Positions 10,617-20,405 of a DNA stretch of 64,000 nt are shown here, one piece after another (within the stretch, counting starts at the first letter, position 1; each line of letters opens with the position of its first letter). Source of the stretch: Syntrophales bacterium (GTDB lineage: Bacteria; Desulfobacterota; Syntrophia; Syntrophales; UBA2210); assembly GCA_036825195.1 (NCBI GenBank), contig DAISYQ010000002.1:37802-101801 (forward strand), in the 5' to 3' direction. Below the pieces are notes generated by a model. That model was not told the DNA's origin and ran no database searches. It worked only from the letters and a program-made list of their open reading frames with translations. A program made the translations under genes and the position numbers.

Positions 10617-12929
10617 TTACTTGATACACACCCTGCGCACCTGGCTGAAATCCGTATGACCCGCAATGACCTTTTGTATTCCATCCTGCAGCAGTGTTGA
10701 CATGCCCTGGGAAATCGCCATATCCCGTATCATCTCGACATTTTCATGCTTCTGTATGAGCCGCTTGATTTCGTCCGTCGCAACAAGGAGTTCGTGCACC
10801 CCCATCCTTCCCTTATAGCCTGTGTTGCTGCATGTGGCGCAGCCTTTGGCGCGCCACAGTTTGAAATCACCGCTGTATGGTATATTCAATTCGGCAAACA
10901 GCTCTTCCCCGTAGTTTGCCACCAGTTCATCGTATTCATTTCTTGTGGGATGGTACTCCTCCTTGCATTTCTTGCATAGTGTTCGTACCAGTCTCTGTGC
11001 CAGTATCCCCAGAAGAGAATCGGCGAAATTGAGCGGATCGATTCCCATGTCGAGTAATCGTACGATCGTTTCGGGGGCACTGTTTGTATGAAGCGTACTG
11101 AAGACCAGATGTCCGGTGAGCGATGCTTCTACGCCGGTCTTGGCGGTTTCGTAATCCCTCATCTCTCCCACCATGATGACATCAGGATCGGCCCTGAGAA
11201 AGGCACGCATGGCATGGGCAAAGTCGAAGCCGATCTTTGGATTGATCTGAACTTGTCTGAGACCTAACTGGGTGATCTCTACGGGATCTTCCGCTGTCCA
11301 GATCTTGGTTTCAGGCTTGTTTATGTGATGGAGCGCGGAATGGAGGGTCGTTGTTTTTCCGGACCCTGTAGGGCCGACGGCGAGGATCATGCCATAGGGT
11401 TTTGCAAGCAGTTCGATCAGATTTTTGTAGGTGCGGGGTGACAGGGCCATATCCTCAAGACGCATTATTTCTCCGCTGGCCAGGATACGCATGACTACAT
11501 CTTCAACTCCCCCCTGTGTGGGGACGGTAGCCACACGCAGTTCCACTTCACTTCCCCGTGAACGTCTGAATTTAATCTTCCCGTCCTGCGGTATTCTCCG
11601 CTCTGTGATGTCAAGGTTCGACATAATCTTGATTCTTGAAACCAGGGCCGCTCTGTAGTTGAAGGGAACAGTCTGATATGTCGCCAGATCTCCGTCTACC
11701 CTGTACCGTACCTCAACATTCTTTTTTCCGATATTTGGTTCAATATGAATATCAGAGGCGTTGCGAATGTAAGCATCGTTGATTATCCGGTTGACCAGTT
11801 GCATGATGACACTGTCGGATTCGGTTATTTCGGTTTCTTCCTCTTCGAATGCATCATCGGTGTCGAGTTTTTCGATAATATCGGCGATCGAATCGGTGGT
11901 GTCGCCTGTCTGGTAGAAGTGATTAATGAATTTCAGTATATCGTCATACAGGGCGACATCGTATTCCACCGCCCGTGTCCTCAATAGATTCTCGATCATA
12001 TCCTGTTTCAGGACGTTATTTGGATCATCTATGATGACTCTGACCTTGCCGTCTCGTTTCTCCAGAGGTACCCACATCTCTCGACGGAGGTATTCTTCCT
12101 TCAGGTTTTTCAAAAGATCGAAAGGTATCGGATGCTTGCTGTTGAAACGAACGAAATTACAGTTATAGAATTCCTCGAGCGATTTACCCATATCGTCTTT
12201 CGAGATCTTGAATTTCCTCATCAGGTAGTCTTCGACCATCTCCCGGTTCTTTTTTGCAGCCCTCCCTGCTTGTTCAAGATCTTCTTCTGTGATCAAGCCA
12301 TGGGTCAGCAGGTAATTGAACTTGGATGTTCTCTTCCGGCTGATCCTTTCCTGATTGTAAAAAGCGGTTCCAAGGACATTGGCCATTTCCTTGAGGAAAT
12401 CTTGATCCTCTCCGGTAAATCTTTTTCCATCCTTTCTGTTCAGTATCTGTACAACGCCCATCAGTACGTCATCATGAAGAATCGGTACCGCTAAGACATG
12501 TACGGTTCTGAAACCCGATTTTTTGTCCCAACTGGAATCAAAATGAAGCTCGGGAGATATATCGTGTAGTTCCTTGCTGTCATAGGCGTTGGCTATATTC
12601 GCAATTTCTCTGTTATTAGCTACGTATCCCGCTATGCTTTTGTTGTCGATAGGCAGCCTGATTTCCTTCAATTCCGAACCTGCCAGGAACATCGCGTATA
12701 TTTCATTTTTTGTCCTGTCTGCCACATAGATTGTCATAGAATGGGCATTGAAGAGGCTGAGGATGTCATCCCTCAAATTGACAAGAATATGTCTCAGATT
12801 GAGGGCGGCATGGATACGATTGGTTATATCCTGCAATGCTTTACTGAGATTGAGTTTCTCTTCAAGCTCTGTTATCTGGGCCGTTGCCGTTTTGTTGCCC
12901 TGATTTACCTTTGATTGAAAGATGCTCAT
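10617..12929 (-). CDS. GspE/PilB-family assembly ATPase with N-terminal GAF domain
   Basis: GAF (FDSSWDKKSGFRT..LAVPI..GVVQILNRK..F..D); Walker A GPTGSGKTT, Walker B MVGEMRD, CxxC/CxxC Zn motif. Confidence 0.92.
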   Translation of the reverse strand: MSIFQSKVNQGNKTATAQITELEEKLNLSKALQDITNRIHAALNLRHILVNLRDDILSLFNAHSMTIYVADRTKNEIYAMFLAGSELKEIRLPIDNKSIAGYVANNREIANIANAYDSKELHDISPELHFDSSWDKKSGFRTVHVLAVPILHDDVLMGVVQILNRKDGKRFTGEDQDFLKEMANVLGTAFYNQERISRKRTSKFNYLLTHGLITEEDLEQAGRAAKKNREMVEDYLMRKFKISKDDMGKSLEEFYNCNFVRFNSKHPIPFDLLKNLKEEYLRREMWVPLEKRDGKVRVIIDDPNNVLKQDMIENLLRTRAVEYDVALYDDILKFINHFYQTGDTTDSIADIIEKLDTDDAFEEEETEITESDSVIMQLVNRIINDAYIRNASDIHIEPNIGKKNVEVRYRVDGDLATYQTVPFNYRAALVSRIKIMSNLDITERRIPQDGKIKFRRSRGSEVELRVATVPTQGGVEDVVMRILASGEIMRLEDMALSPRTYKNLIELLAKPYGMILAVGPTGSGKTTTLHSALHHINKPETKIWTAEDPVEITQLGLRQVQINPKIGFDFAHAMRAFLRADPDVIMVGEMRDYETAKTGVEASLTGHLVFSTLHTNSAPETIVRLLDMGIDPLNFADSLLGILAQRLVRTLCKKCKEEYHPTRNEYDELVANYGEELFAELNIPYSGDFKLWRAKGCATCSNTGYKGRMGVHELLVATDEIKRLIQKHENVEMIRDMAISQGMSTLLQDGIQKVIAGHTDFSQVRRVCIK

Positions 12930-13387
12930 ATGTTCTGCTTTTTGTTTCTGTGATCGTCAAAATTGCATTGAATAGCTTATGCATCACCATTAAAATATTC
13001 TTTGACAGTCAAAGAATTATCCCAATTTTGCAGTAAAGAGTGTTAAAGATAAAACATTTTTTAAAGAATTTCAATACGCAACCATCCGTCCACGATCTAT
13101 TTTATGCTTGACAAATCCTTCCAGTACAACTACCAGCAGATATATACTGAAATAGAGGGCACATAAAATCATATGTGGCTCTTGCCGATCGGAGCATTAC
13201 CTCTTCTTCGCGGTGAGGATCTCCGCATGGAATCGTTATGGCGTTGCAGATTTCTGGTGGAGGCAATAATGACCCTGTTTCAGCTATTTGTTGTATTGCA
13301 TGAACATATCTTTTCATGTAGGCTTATTATGACTGATGACGTGTTGGATATCGTATGCGAGCAAATATTCCCTGAGAGGCTGTAGAG

Positions 13388-16021
13388 ATGAAGTTAACAG
13401 ACTATGCTCAAAAATTATTATCGGGAGACAGAGGGCTGTATAAATGGATGAACATTATTTTTGCTCTTTTCTTCCTGATCCCTGTGGGCGGATTTATCTT
13501 TTTCGGTTTCAAATATGACATTTTAGCGGATAAGTATGTTCCTCTCTTTTTTATCATTTTCCTTCTTTTTTCCCTGCTGGGCTTCACGATACTCCGCAGG
13601 ATATTTGACAGGATAGCGTCGATATCCAAAGATGTCTCGGAGAGAGTTGCCGCGGAATTCTTTCTTGATCAACCGAAGAAGGGTGCTAATGAAATCAACA
13701 ATATCGTTGAAACCTTCAGCACTCTGGAGAATCAATTTGGAGCGACATTCGGGCAGCTCCAGCAAAAGGTCTCGGAGATATCGGTAATAAAAGAGCTTTC
13801 AGATCTCTGTTATGTGACCTTTGACCCCGAAGAAATCCTGTACGTCACCTTGGAGCGGGCCCTTAAACTGGCAAATGCGGATATCGGCTCCGTCTTGATC
13901 CTGGAGCGTCCTCATCGAAAGACCTTTGTCGTGAAGGCCACCATAGGTCTTGGGGAACGCGTCAAACTGGGTGACAGGATAGATTTTGCTGACAGTGTTG
14001 CAAAGTATGCGGTTATCAACAAATCGCCCCTTATCGTTGAGGATATTGAGTCAGACAGCCGTTTCGGCAGGCAAAACCGTCTGCAGTACGGGACAAAATC
14101 CTTTGTGTGTATGCCGTTTAAGACTATCAGGGATGTCGTCGGAGTGCTTACGATTTCCAGAAAAGACAATCCAGCTCCTTTCACCAGTGAAGACGTGGAA
14201 ATCTTGGGACCTCTTCTGGGTAACGCATCATTCACCTATGAAAATCTTCGTCTCCTGCACGAGAAAAAAGAGAGTGCGGCCCACCTGGCATCCATGGAGA
14301 AGGTCGTCCAGGTTATTAATTCCAGCCTTAAGGGTGGGGAATTGTTACGCGTCATCCTGGATGAGATACAGTCGGTGTCTTCCTTTGACCTTGCGATTAT
14401 CCTGCTGAAGGATGACACCAGGCCTAATAATATTCGAGTCCTTGATTTTATATCCGCCAGTCCCGTATCTCTGTCAAAGGGTGCCTATTACCCATATAAA
14501 GGATCAACGTTTGAAAAGGTCTTGAGGCAGGGTGTTACGCTCATTGTGGAGGACACCTCGTCACTCGTGCATGAGAGCGAGAAGGAATTCTTTGCCGGGC
14601 GCAAAACCGGTGCGCTCTTTCCTTTGAAGATGGATGCGGGCGTCGCCGGTGTTCTGGTATTGTGTACAGATGGTGGACCCGATTCTTTTTATATCCAGCA
14701 GGAACTGATAGAGAGGATGGCGGATGCCCTCTCTCTTGCCATAGAGAGAAACAGGCTCAGTAATTATGTCATCAAACGTGAACAGGAACTGGACACTTTG
14801 AAACAGATCGGAAGCGCCCTCGCATCGTCCACATTTGATATTAGTAAGGTTCTCGGGTACACCATGGACATGATCAGTGCTGTCATGAGTGTGGAAGCCG
14901 GATCTCTGCTCCTCATGCGTGATAACGGGCTTGAATTCACTGTCTCGCTGAATATTGATATAGAAAACCTGAAAGATTTCAGGATAAAAATAGGCCAGGG
15001 GGTCGCCGGTTATGTGGCGGCCCGGGGTGATGCGGTGATAGTAAATGATGTGCGCAAATCCTCACTCTTTTATCCCGATGTGGATAAGGTTACCGGTTTC
15101 CATACGAAGGCCGTTTTGTGTGTTCCCATGATATCGCAGGGTAAGGTTGTGGGGGTTATCGAGGTGCTCAACAAGATGGACGGTGATTTCGATGCCAGCG
15201 ACAAACAATTGCTGCAATCGATTGCATCGTCGGTCAGTGTAGCCATAGAAAATGCCAATCTCTACAATGAGACCCTGTCCATGGCAGAGAGCGAACGGGA
15301 GATACGGAATATCTTCCAGAAATTTGTTCCAAAAGAGGTGGTGGACAGGATTATCCACGGTGCCGAAACGGACCAGCTCGTTGTCGAGGAATTCAGGATG
15401 CTCACGCTTATCAATATAGATATCAGAGGATTCTCCCTTCTTGCCCAGAAGCTCGGGCCGCAGAAGACGGTCCTTATGCTCAACCGGTTCTTCTCCGTTA
15501 TGGGAGATATTGTGTTTAAACACCACGGTATTGTCGATAAATATCTCGGTGACGGTTTTCTGGCGGTCTTCGGTGCACCGGTTTCAAGTATGCAGGATGC
15601 CGATAACGCTGTTGCGGCGGCGCTTGAGATGAAGGAGTCCATCTCTGAAGTGAACGACTACTGGCTGAAAGAGACGGGCGATTCGGTGACCGTCGGCATC
15701 AGTGTCCACACCGGAGAGGTTGTTGTGGGAAATATCGGTTTTGATAAAAAAATGGACTATACCGTTATCGGTGATTCGGTCAACACGGTATTCAAACTGC
15801 AGGAACTCACGAAGGCGTATCCCAACAGCGTTCTCATCAGTGACAGAACCCTGCATGCGGTCAGGGCCCATCTGAATGTGGGGGAAGTGGATGTCAGTGA
15901 TCCCGCAATAGGAGCCATCAAGGTTTATGAGCTGACGGGTGTTAATGCAAGTGGCCGTATCGTACCCGAGAAGGAGATCATACCAAAAGCGGGGGGCAAG
16001 AGAAAGGAACAGGTCAAATAA
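13388..16021 (+). CDS. Membrane-bound class III adenylate/guanylate cyclase with HAMP-like linker and three GAF domains
   Basis: Two N-terminal TM segments; GAF repeats; DIRGF, DKYLGDG, DYTVIGDSVN catalytic motifs. Confidence 0.9.
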   Translation: MKLTDYAQKLLSGDRGLYKWMNIIFALFFLIPVGGFIFFGFKYDILADKYVPLFFIIFLLFSLLGFTILRRIFDRIASISKDVSERVAAEFFLDQPKKGANEINNIVETFSTLENQFGATFGQLQQKVSEISVIKELSDLCYVTFDPEEILYVTLERALKLANADIGSVLILERPHRKTFVVKATIGLGERVKLGDRIDFADSVAKYAVINKSPLIVEDIESDSRFGRQNRLQYGTKSFVCMPFKTIRDVVGVLTISRKDNPAPFTSEDVEILGPLLGNASFTYENLRLLHEKKESAAHLASMEKVVQVINSSLKGGELLRVILDEIQSVSSFDLAIILLKDDTRPNNIRVLDFISASPVSLSKGAYYPYKGSTFEKVLRQGVTLIVEDTSSLVHESEKEFFAGRKTGALFPLKMDAGVAGVLVLCTDGGPDSFYIQQELIERMADALSLAIERNRLSNYVIKREQELDTLKQIGSALASSTFDISKVLGYTMDMISAVMSVEAGSLLLMRDNGLEFTVSLNIDIENLKDFRIKIGQGVAGYVAARGDAVIVNDVRKSSLFYPDVDKVTGFHTKAVLCVPMISQGKVVGVIEVLNKMDGDFDASDKQLLQSIASSVSVAIENANLYNETLSMAESEREIRNIFQKFVPKEVVDRIIHGAETDQLVVEEFRMLTLINIDIRGFSLLAQKLGPQKTVLMLNRFFSVMGDIVFKHHGIVDKYLGDGFLAVFGAPVSSMQDADNAVAAALEMKESISEVNDYWLKETGDSVTVGISVHTGEVVVGNIGFDKKMDYTVIGDSVNTVFKLQELTKAYPNSVLISDRTLHAVRAHLNVGEVDVSDPAIGAIKVYELTGVNASGRIVPEKEIIPKAGGKRKEQVK

Positions 16022-16054
16022 TATCGATATGCCCGATAGCTTGAGCAGGTTTAG

Positions 16055-16822
16055 TTACCCCTTTTCTACATAGGCATAGGCGTTGTGATTGTGGATGCTC
16101 TCCATGTTTTCCGCTTCTACGCTGTACCATATGAAATTGCTGTTCCCGTTGAGCTTTTCAGCGACGGTCCTTACCACATCCTCCACGAACATCGGATTTT
16201 CATAAGCCATTTCCGTTACGTATTTTTCATCCACCCTCTTGAGGAGTGAAAAGACCTCGCTGCTTGCCGATTCCTCCACCAGCCGGATGACATCTTCTAT
16301 CCAAAAAAATCTTTTAAATCTCAGTTTGAGTCGCACAACGCTCCTCTGATTGTGCGCACCCCGGTCGCTGATCTCTTTTGAACAGGGGCAGACCGTTGTG
16401 ACGGGGACGGTGATGCCGACAAGAAAATCATTTATATTGCCGGTATGTTCGCCGCATAAAGAGCACTGATATTCCATAAGACTTTTCGCATCTGAGACCG
16501 GAGCGGTCTTTTCCACAAAATATGGGAATCGTATCTCTATACGGGCGGATTCGGCGTTGAGTTTTTCTTTCATTTTACAGAGGATCTTTTGGAGGGTCTT
16601 TATATTGATCTGCCCCCTGTATTCGTTCAAGATCTCGACAAAACGACTCATATGAGTTCCCTTGAAATGGTGCGGAAGATTGACGTACATGTTTATTGTG
16701 GCATTGACATGCTGTGTACCGTTCGCCTTGTCGAGGACTATGATCGGGTATTTAATCCCCTTTACTCCTACCTTTTGTATGTCTATATTTCTGTAATCCT
16801 TGAGATTCTGTATGTCGACCAT
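16055..16822 (-). CDS. folE2: GTP cyclohydrolase IB (FolE2)
   Basis: IQKVGVKG, KGTHMSRF, TTVCPCSKEIS, AHNQRS, ESIHNHNA; likely start MVDIQ at 16822. Confidence 0.95.
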   Translation of the reverse strand: MVDIQNLKDYRNIDIQKVGVKGIKYPIIVLDKANGTQHVNATINMYVNLPHHFKGTHMSRFVEILNEYRGQINIKTLQKILCKMKEKLNAESARIEIRFPYFVEKTAPVSDAKSLMEYQCSLCGEHTGNINDFLVGITVPVTTVCPCSKEISDRGAHNQRSVVRLKLRFKRFFWIEDVIRLVEESASSEVFSLLKRVDEKYVTEMAYENPMFVEDVVRTVAEKLNGNSNFIWYSVEAENMESIHNHNAYAYVEKG

Positions 16823-16835
16823 CGTTCTTTTCGCT

Positions 16836-17222
16836 TCACTCCTGTAATGCATGATAATTTCTTGAATATACCGCCTTTGAATTTTCGGATTCCCATACCG
16901 CGACGCGATGTACCTTCAACCCCAGCGGCATTGCATTCTCTTCCAGTCTTTCGTAGATGAAGCGTGCGATACGTTCCGATGTGGGGCTTGCATGTTTAAA
17001 GGCAGGAAGATCGTCGAGGAAAGTATGGTCCAGCTCTTCGAGAATAGCGCCCACCCATCGCTTCAGGACTCGGAAATCGAGGACAAGACCATCTGTGTTC
17101 AGTTTTTCAGATGCGATCGTAGCTTCAACCTTGAAATTGTGGCCATGTAACTCCTCACGCTTTCCGTCAATATCGAGGGTATGCGCGGCGGAAAATGTCT
17201 TTTGTACGGTAATCTCATACAT
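16836..17222 (-). CDS. COG0720 6-pyruvoyl-tetrahydropterin synthase family protein (QueD fold; motif fits PTPS-III)
   Basis: FSAAH, KREELHGHNF, LDHTFL, PTSERIA, VWESE; catalytic Cys of QueD absent. Confidence 0.85.
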   Translation of the reverse strand: MYEITVQKTFSAAHTLDIDGKREELHGHNFKVEATIASEKLNTDGLVLDFRVLKRWVGAILEELDHTFLDDLPAFKHASPTSERIARFIYERLEENAMPLGLKVHRVAVWESENSKAVYSRNYHALQE

Positions 17223-17312
17223 AATATCGTGTCCTTGATTGATTCGGAAGATTTCATGGAAATCTGAAAAATATATTCGGCTTATTTGGGAATTTCCTTT
17301 TTGTACTGTCGG

Positions 17313-17963
17313 TCAGATGTAGCGGATGATATCGGGTGCCCTTTCAATTATGAGGTCCGCACCTGCCTGGCGCAGAGAAGCTGCTTCGGAATATCCGGTC
17401 AACACTCCTACGGTATATGCTCCTATATCTCGTCCCACAGTGATATCCATGGGGTGATCACCCACCATTGTTGCGAACTCAGGATCCGTGCCAAGATTTT
17501 CGAGTGCCGTCAGGAGATGATCCGGATGTGGTTTTACCCGAGCGGTATACTCGCGGGTAATGATAGTGTCACAACGGGAATCTATATCGGGGAATATCTG
17601 CCTGATTGCGTCTATACAATTTCTCGAAACAATACCGATCTTTATATGTCGTCTCCTGAGTTCACTGAGCATCTCCTCCGTTCCGGTAAAGAGGGTACCC
17701 CCCTTTGCCCCTGCGGTCTCTATGCCGCGTATCAGTTCATGTGCCCTGAGAAAGAATTCATCCTGAGCGCCGGGGCAGTTCTCGGAAATCAGTTGTTTTC
17801 CCGCTTCGATCATCTCCAGCACATACAGGTCTTTCATTCCATCTGCTGGGTTGCAGTACCTGCTCATAAGATCCAGAACAGCCGTGCGCATCCGGATAAA
17901 ATCCACATTTAGCTCGGCCAGTGTGCCATCAAAATCAAAGAGGACGGCTTGCATCGACCTCAT
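17313..17963 (-). CDS. HAD-superfamily hydrolase (phosphoglycolate phosphatase-like)
   Basis: FDFDGT, IVSRN, KPHP, MVGDHPMD; ATGA overlap with aminotransferase. Confidence 0.88.
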   Translation of the reverse strand: MRSMQAVLFDFDGTLAELNVDFIRMRTAVLDLMSRYCNPADGMKDLYVLEMIEAGKQLISENCPGAQDEFFLRAHELIRGIETAGAKGGTLFTGTEEMLSELRRRHIKIGIVSRNCIDAIRQIFPDIDSRCDTIITREYTARVKPHPDHLLTALENLGTDPEFATMVGDHPMDITVGRDIGAYTVGVLTGYSEAASLRQAGADLIIERAPDIIRYI

Positions 17964-19114
17964 GCATACTCCTCCAGGTATCGTTCAATCCTGTTGATTC
18001 CCTCGTCTATGTTCTCCATGGAGGTTGCATATGAAAACCTGATATACCCTTCACAGTTTTTCCCGAAATCGATCCCCGGCGTGACACCCACATGTGCCTT
18101 TTCGAGAATATCAAAGGCCGTCTTGTATGAATTGCTCGAAAAAGACTTGATGTTTCCCAGTATGTAGAATGCCCCCGTCGGTTCTACCGTTATGCCGAGT
18201 CCGATCTCACGAAGGCGCCGTATGATGAATTTTCTCCGTTCATTGAAGATATTTCTCATACGGATCACGTCACCTTCCGCCTCCCGAAGCGCCGCTATCC
18301 CTCCCCACTGTGCAAAGGAGTTCGGAGAGATAAAGAAGTTCTGCTGGATCTTCTGCATGGGGCGTATATACTCCTTCGGTGCGATCAGGTATCCTAGCCT
18401 CCATCCGGTCATGGCGTACGCCTTGGAGAATCCGTTCAGTACGAAGGCGTTATCGGTGAATTCAAGGATGGAGTGTTCTTTCTCCTCATAGACAAGGCCG
18501 TGGTATATTTCATCCGCAATAACAGGAATACCGTACGATGCTATCTGCTCCATCCGTTCGGTGCTGAGGAGATTGCCGGTTGGATTGGATGGGGAATTGA
18601 TCATGATCCCCCTTGTCTTGGGTGTAATCTTTTCTTTGATCCCTTCCGGTGTATACTGAAATCCGTTCTCTTCGAAGACGTTGACCCGGGCGGGGACCCC
18701 TTCGAGAAAGCTGATGAAATTCGGGTAGCATGCATAGTGCGGGTCCGATATAATGATCTCATCACCCCGTTCAATCAGTGCAGAGAAGAGCAGGAACATG
18801 GCGGGAGAGGTGCCGGAAGTGACGATGATCCGGTCCGGTGAGATATTCACGCCGTATCTATTGTAGTAATGTTCGCAGATTGCCTCCCGGAGTTCTATCA
18901 GGCCAAGGCTGTGTGTATAGTGGGTCTTCCCGTCCCTGATGGCCTTGCAACAGGCTTCGTTTATGCACTCGGGTGTATCGAAATCCGGTTCACCGACCTC
19001 CATGTGAATGATATCCTTCCCATCACGTTGCATCTCCTGGGCTTTTTCAAGGATATCCATGACGATAAAAGGCGGAATTTCTGATGCTCTTTTTGTAACC
19101 ATGGGTCTCTCCAA
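17960..19114 (-). CDS. PLP-dependent class I/II aminotransferase (aspartate aminotransferase-like)
   Basis: VGEPDF, NSPSNPTG, ADEIY, GFSKAYAMTGWRLG. Confidence 0.93.
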   Translation of the reverse strand: MERPMVTKRASEIPPFIVMDILEKAQEMQRDGKDIIHMEVGEPDFDTPECINEACCKAIRDGKTHYTHSLGLIELREAICEHYYNRYGVNISPDRIIVTSGTSPAMFLLFSALIERGDEIIISDPHYACYPNFISFLEGVPARVNVFEENGFQYTPEGIKEKITPKTRGIMINSPSNPTGNLLSTERMEQIASYGIPVIADEIYHGLVYEEKEHSILEFTDNAFVLNGFSKAYAMTGWRLGYLIAPKEYIRPMQKIQQNFFISPNSFAQWGGIAALREAEGDVIRMRNIFNERRKFIIRRLREIGLGITVEPTGAFYILGNIKSFSSNSYKTAFDILEKAHVGVTPGIDFGKNCEGYIRFSYATSMENIDEGINRIERYLEEYA

Positions 19115-19149
19115 TCTTTATTATTACGATGGGGAAGTTACCTGTCCTG

Positions 19150-20052
19150 TTAAATCTTGTCAAGGAGTTTGGGATGCTTCTTGTTGCTTCCCGTAAGATA
19201 ATTGGGGTGTAACACTCGAGTGATGATTTTCTGTGACCGTATTTCCGGTGGCTTAAAATCAAAGACGATTCTGAGAAAGGACATGATAATGTTGAATGTG
19301 GCCCCCCACAGGATCTCTTCTTTTCCGTCATGGTCTTCATGTATCAGACAGGGATATTTCCATTCGTCATTAATTTCTTCCGAGGGAGACTGGATGAAAA
19401 AGAATCCGTAGTTGTCTTCATTGTAAAACGCTTGCAATGGTATTGCTACCATCTTCTCCACCTCCCGGTTGGGGGTAAATTCCCATTGTTTATCGACGAG
19501 TCCCACCACGGGGAAGATTGTCCTTGTGAACAGGCGAAGACTGTAGGAGGGGAGGGGCCCTAAAAATCGGACATTGAAAGGACTCAGCCGCACCTCTTCC
19601 CATGATTCTCTCAGGGCGTTGGCGAAAAAGAGAGTTATGTTGTCAAACGCTACATTTCCCCTTTCTCTGGCATACATCAGAGCATCTCTGTTCAACAGTG
19701 AAGGGTAGAGCCGGATAATGAAAGATCTCAGCAAGCGATCAAGAAAAGGTTCCAGTTTCCCTCCCAGGCCGCTGAGATCTCCGGACTGCGAAACGGAGGA
19801 GGATCTCTTGCTCAGCAGGAATACAAATTCACCATTTCCCGTTGATCTGTCTGTTTCAAAGAGCAGGGGAATCAATACACCGGCTTCAAACTGCTTTTCA
19901 TGTTTTGCATCCCGTTCACGGATCCTTTTGTGGTAGTTGATTTCGGCAGTTCCCAGCCGCTCCACTATATGTCTGATAATGACATCCTTATCCATAATGT
20001 ACCGGTACTCACAATATTGTCGGCTGTGTGCGAGCTGATTTCCTTTGTTCAA
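19150..20052 (-). CDS. Nudix hydrolase, CoA pyrophosphatase-like, with an insertion in the Nudix box
   Basis: GVLIPL, LLSKRS, GDLSGLGG, RESWEEVRL, ILWGATFNI. Confidence 0.75.
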   Translation of the reverse strand: MNKGNQLAHSRQYCEYRYIMDKDVIIRHIVERLGTAEINYHKRIRERDAKHEKQFEAGVLIPLLFETDRSTGNGEFVFLLSKRSSSVSQSGDLSGLGGKLEPFLDRLLRSFIIRLYPSLLNRDALMYARERGNVAFDNITLFFANALRESWEEVRLSPFNVRFLGPLPSYSLRLFTRTIFPVVGLVDKQWEFTPNREVEKMVAIPLQAFYNEDNYGFFFIQSPSEEINDEWKYPCLIHEDHDGKEEILWGATFNIIMSFLRIVFDFKPPEIRSQKIITRVLHPNYLTGSNKKHPKLLDKI

Positions 20053-20092
20053 ACTGTCCTAATGTGCTCAGGAAAGATACCTGTACATTGTA

Positions 20093-20338
20093 TCATGAAG
20101 AACCTTTCTCCGTGTCTTCATAATAGAGGGGCATTTTGCACTTGGCGCAGAGAGGGAGTTCCTGAAGTCTGTCCTCCGGTATGCGATTCTTTGTTCCGCA
20201 ATGGAGGCATTTCACTATGAGTTCGTCCAGGGGAAATCCGCATCTGCCGCAGATAGGCCGGTCTTTCAGTCGATCCCTGAATATGCGGTTTTTTTGTCCG
20301 CATCTGAGACAACGAACAATAAAATAATTTTTAAGCAT
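20093..20338 (-). CDS. Small protein with two tandem TrxC-N-terminal-type zinc ribbons
   Basis: CLRCGQKNRI...CGRC and CLHCGTKNRI...CAKC. Confidence 0.75.
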   Translation of the reverse strand: MLKNYFIVRCLRCGQKNRIFRDRLKDRPICGRCGFPLDELIVKCLHCGTKNRIPEDRLQELPLCAKCKMPLYYEDTEKGSS

Positions 20339-20405
20339 TCCGATTCAGTTTCATGTCTGTTGGTGGACACATTATGCACCATACATCGTCTCCACGTCTT
20401 TCCCA

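Noticed and set aside
13173-13385. 70 aa ORF upstream of the cyclase
   Set aside because: No motif or clear RBS; more likely promoter/UTR sequence
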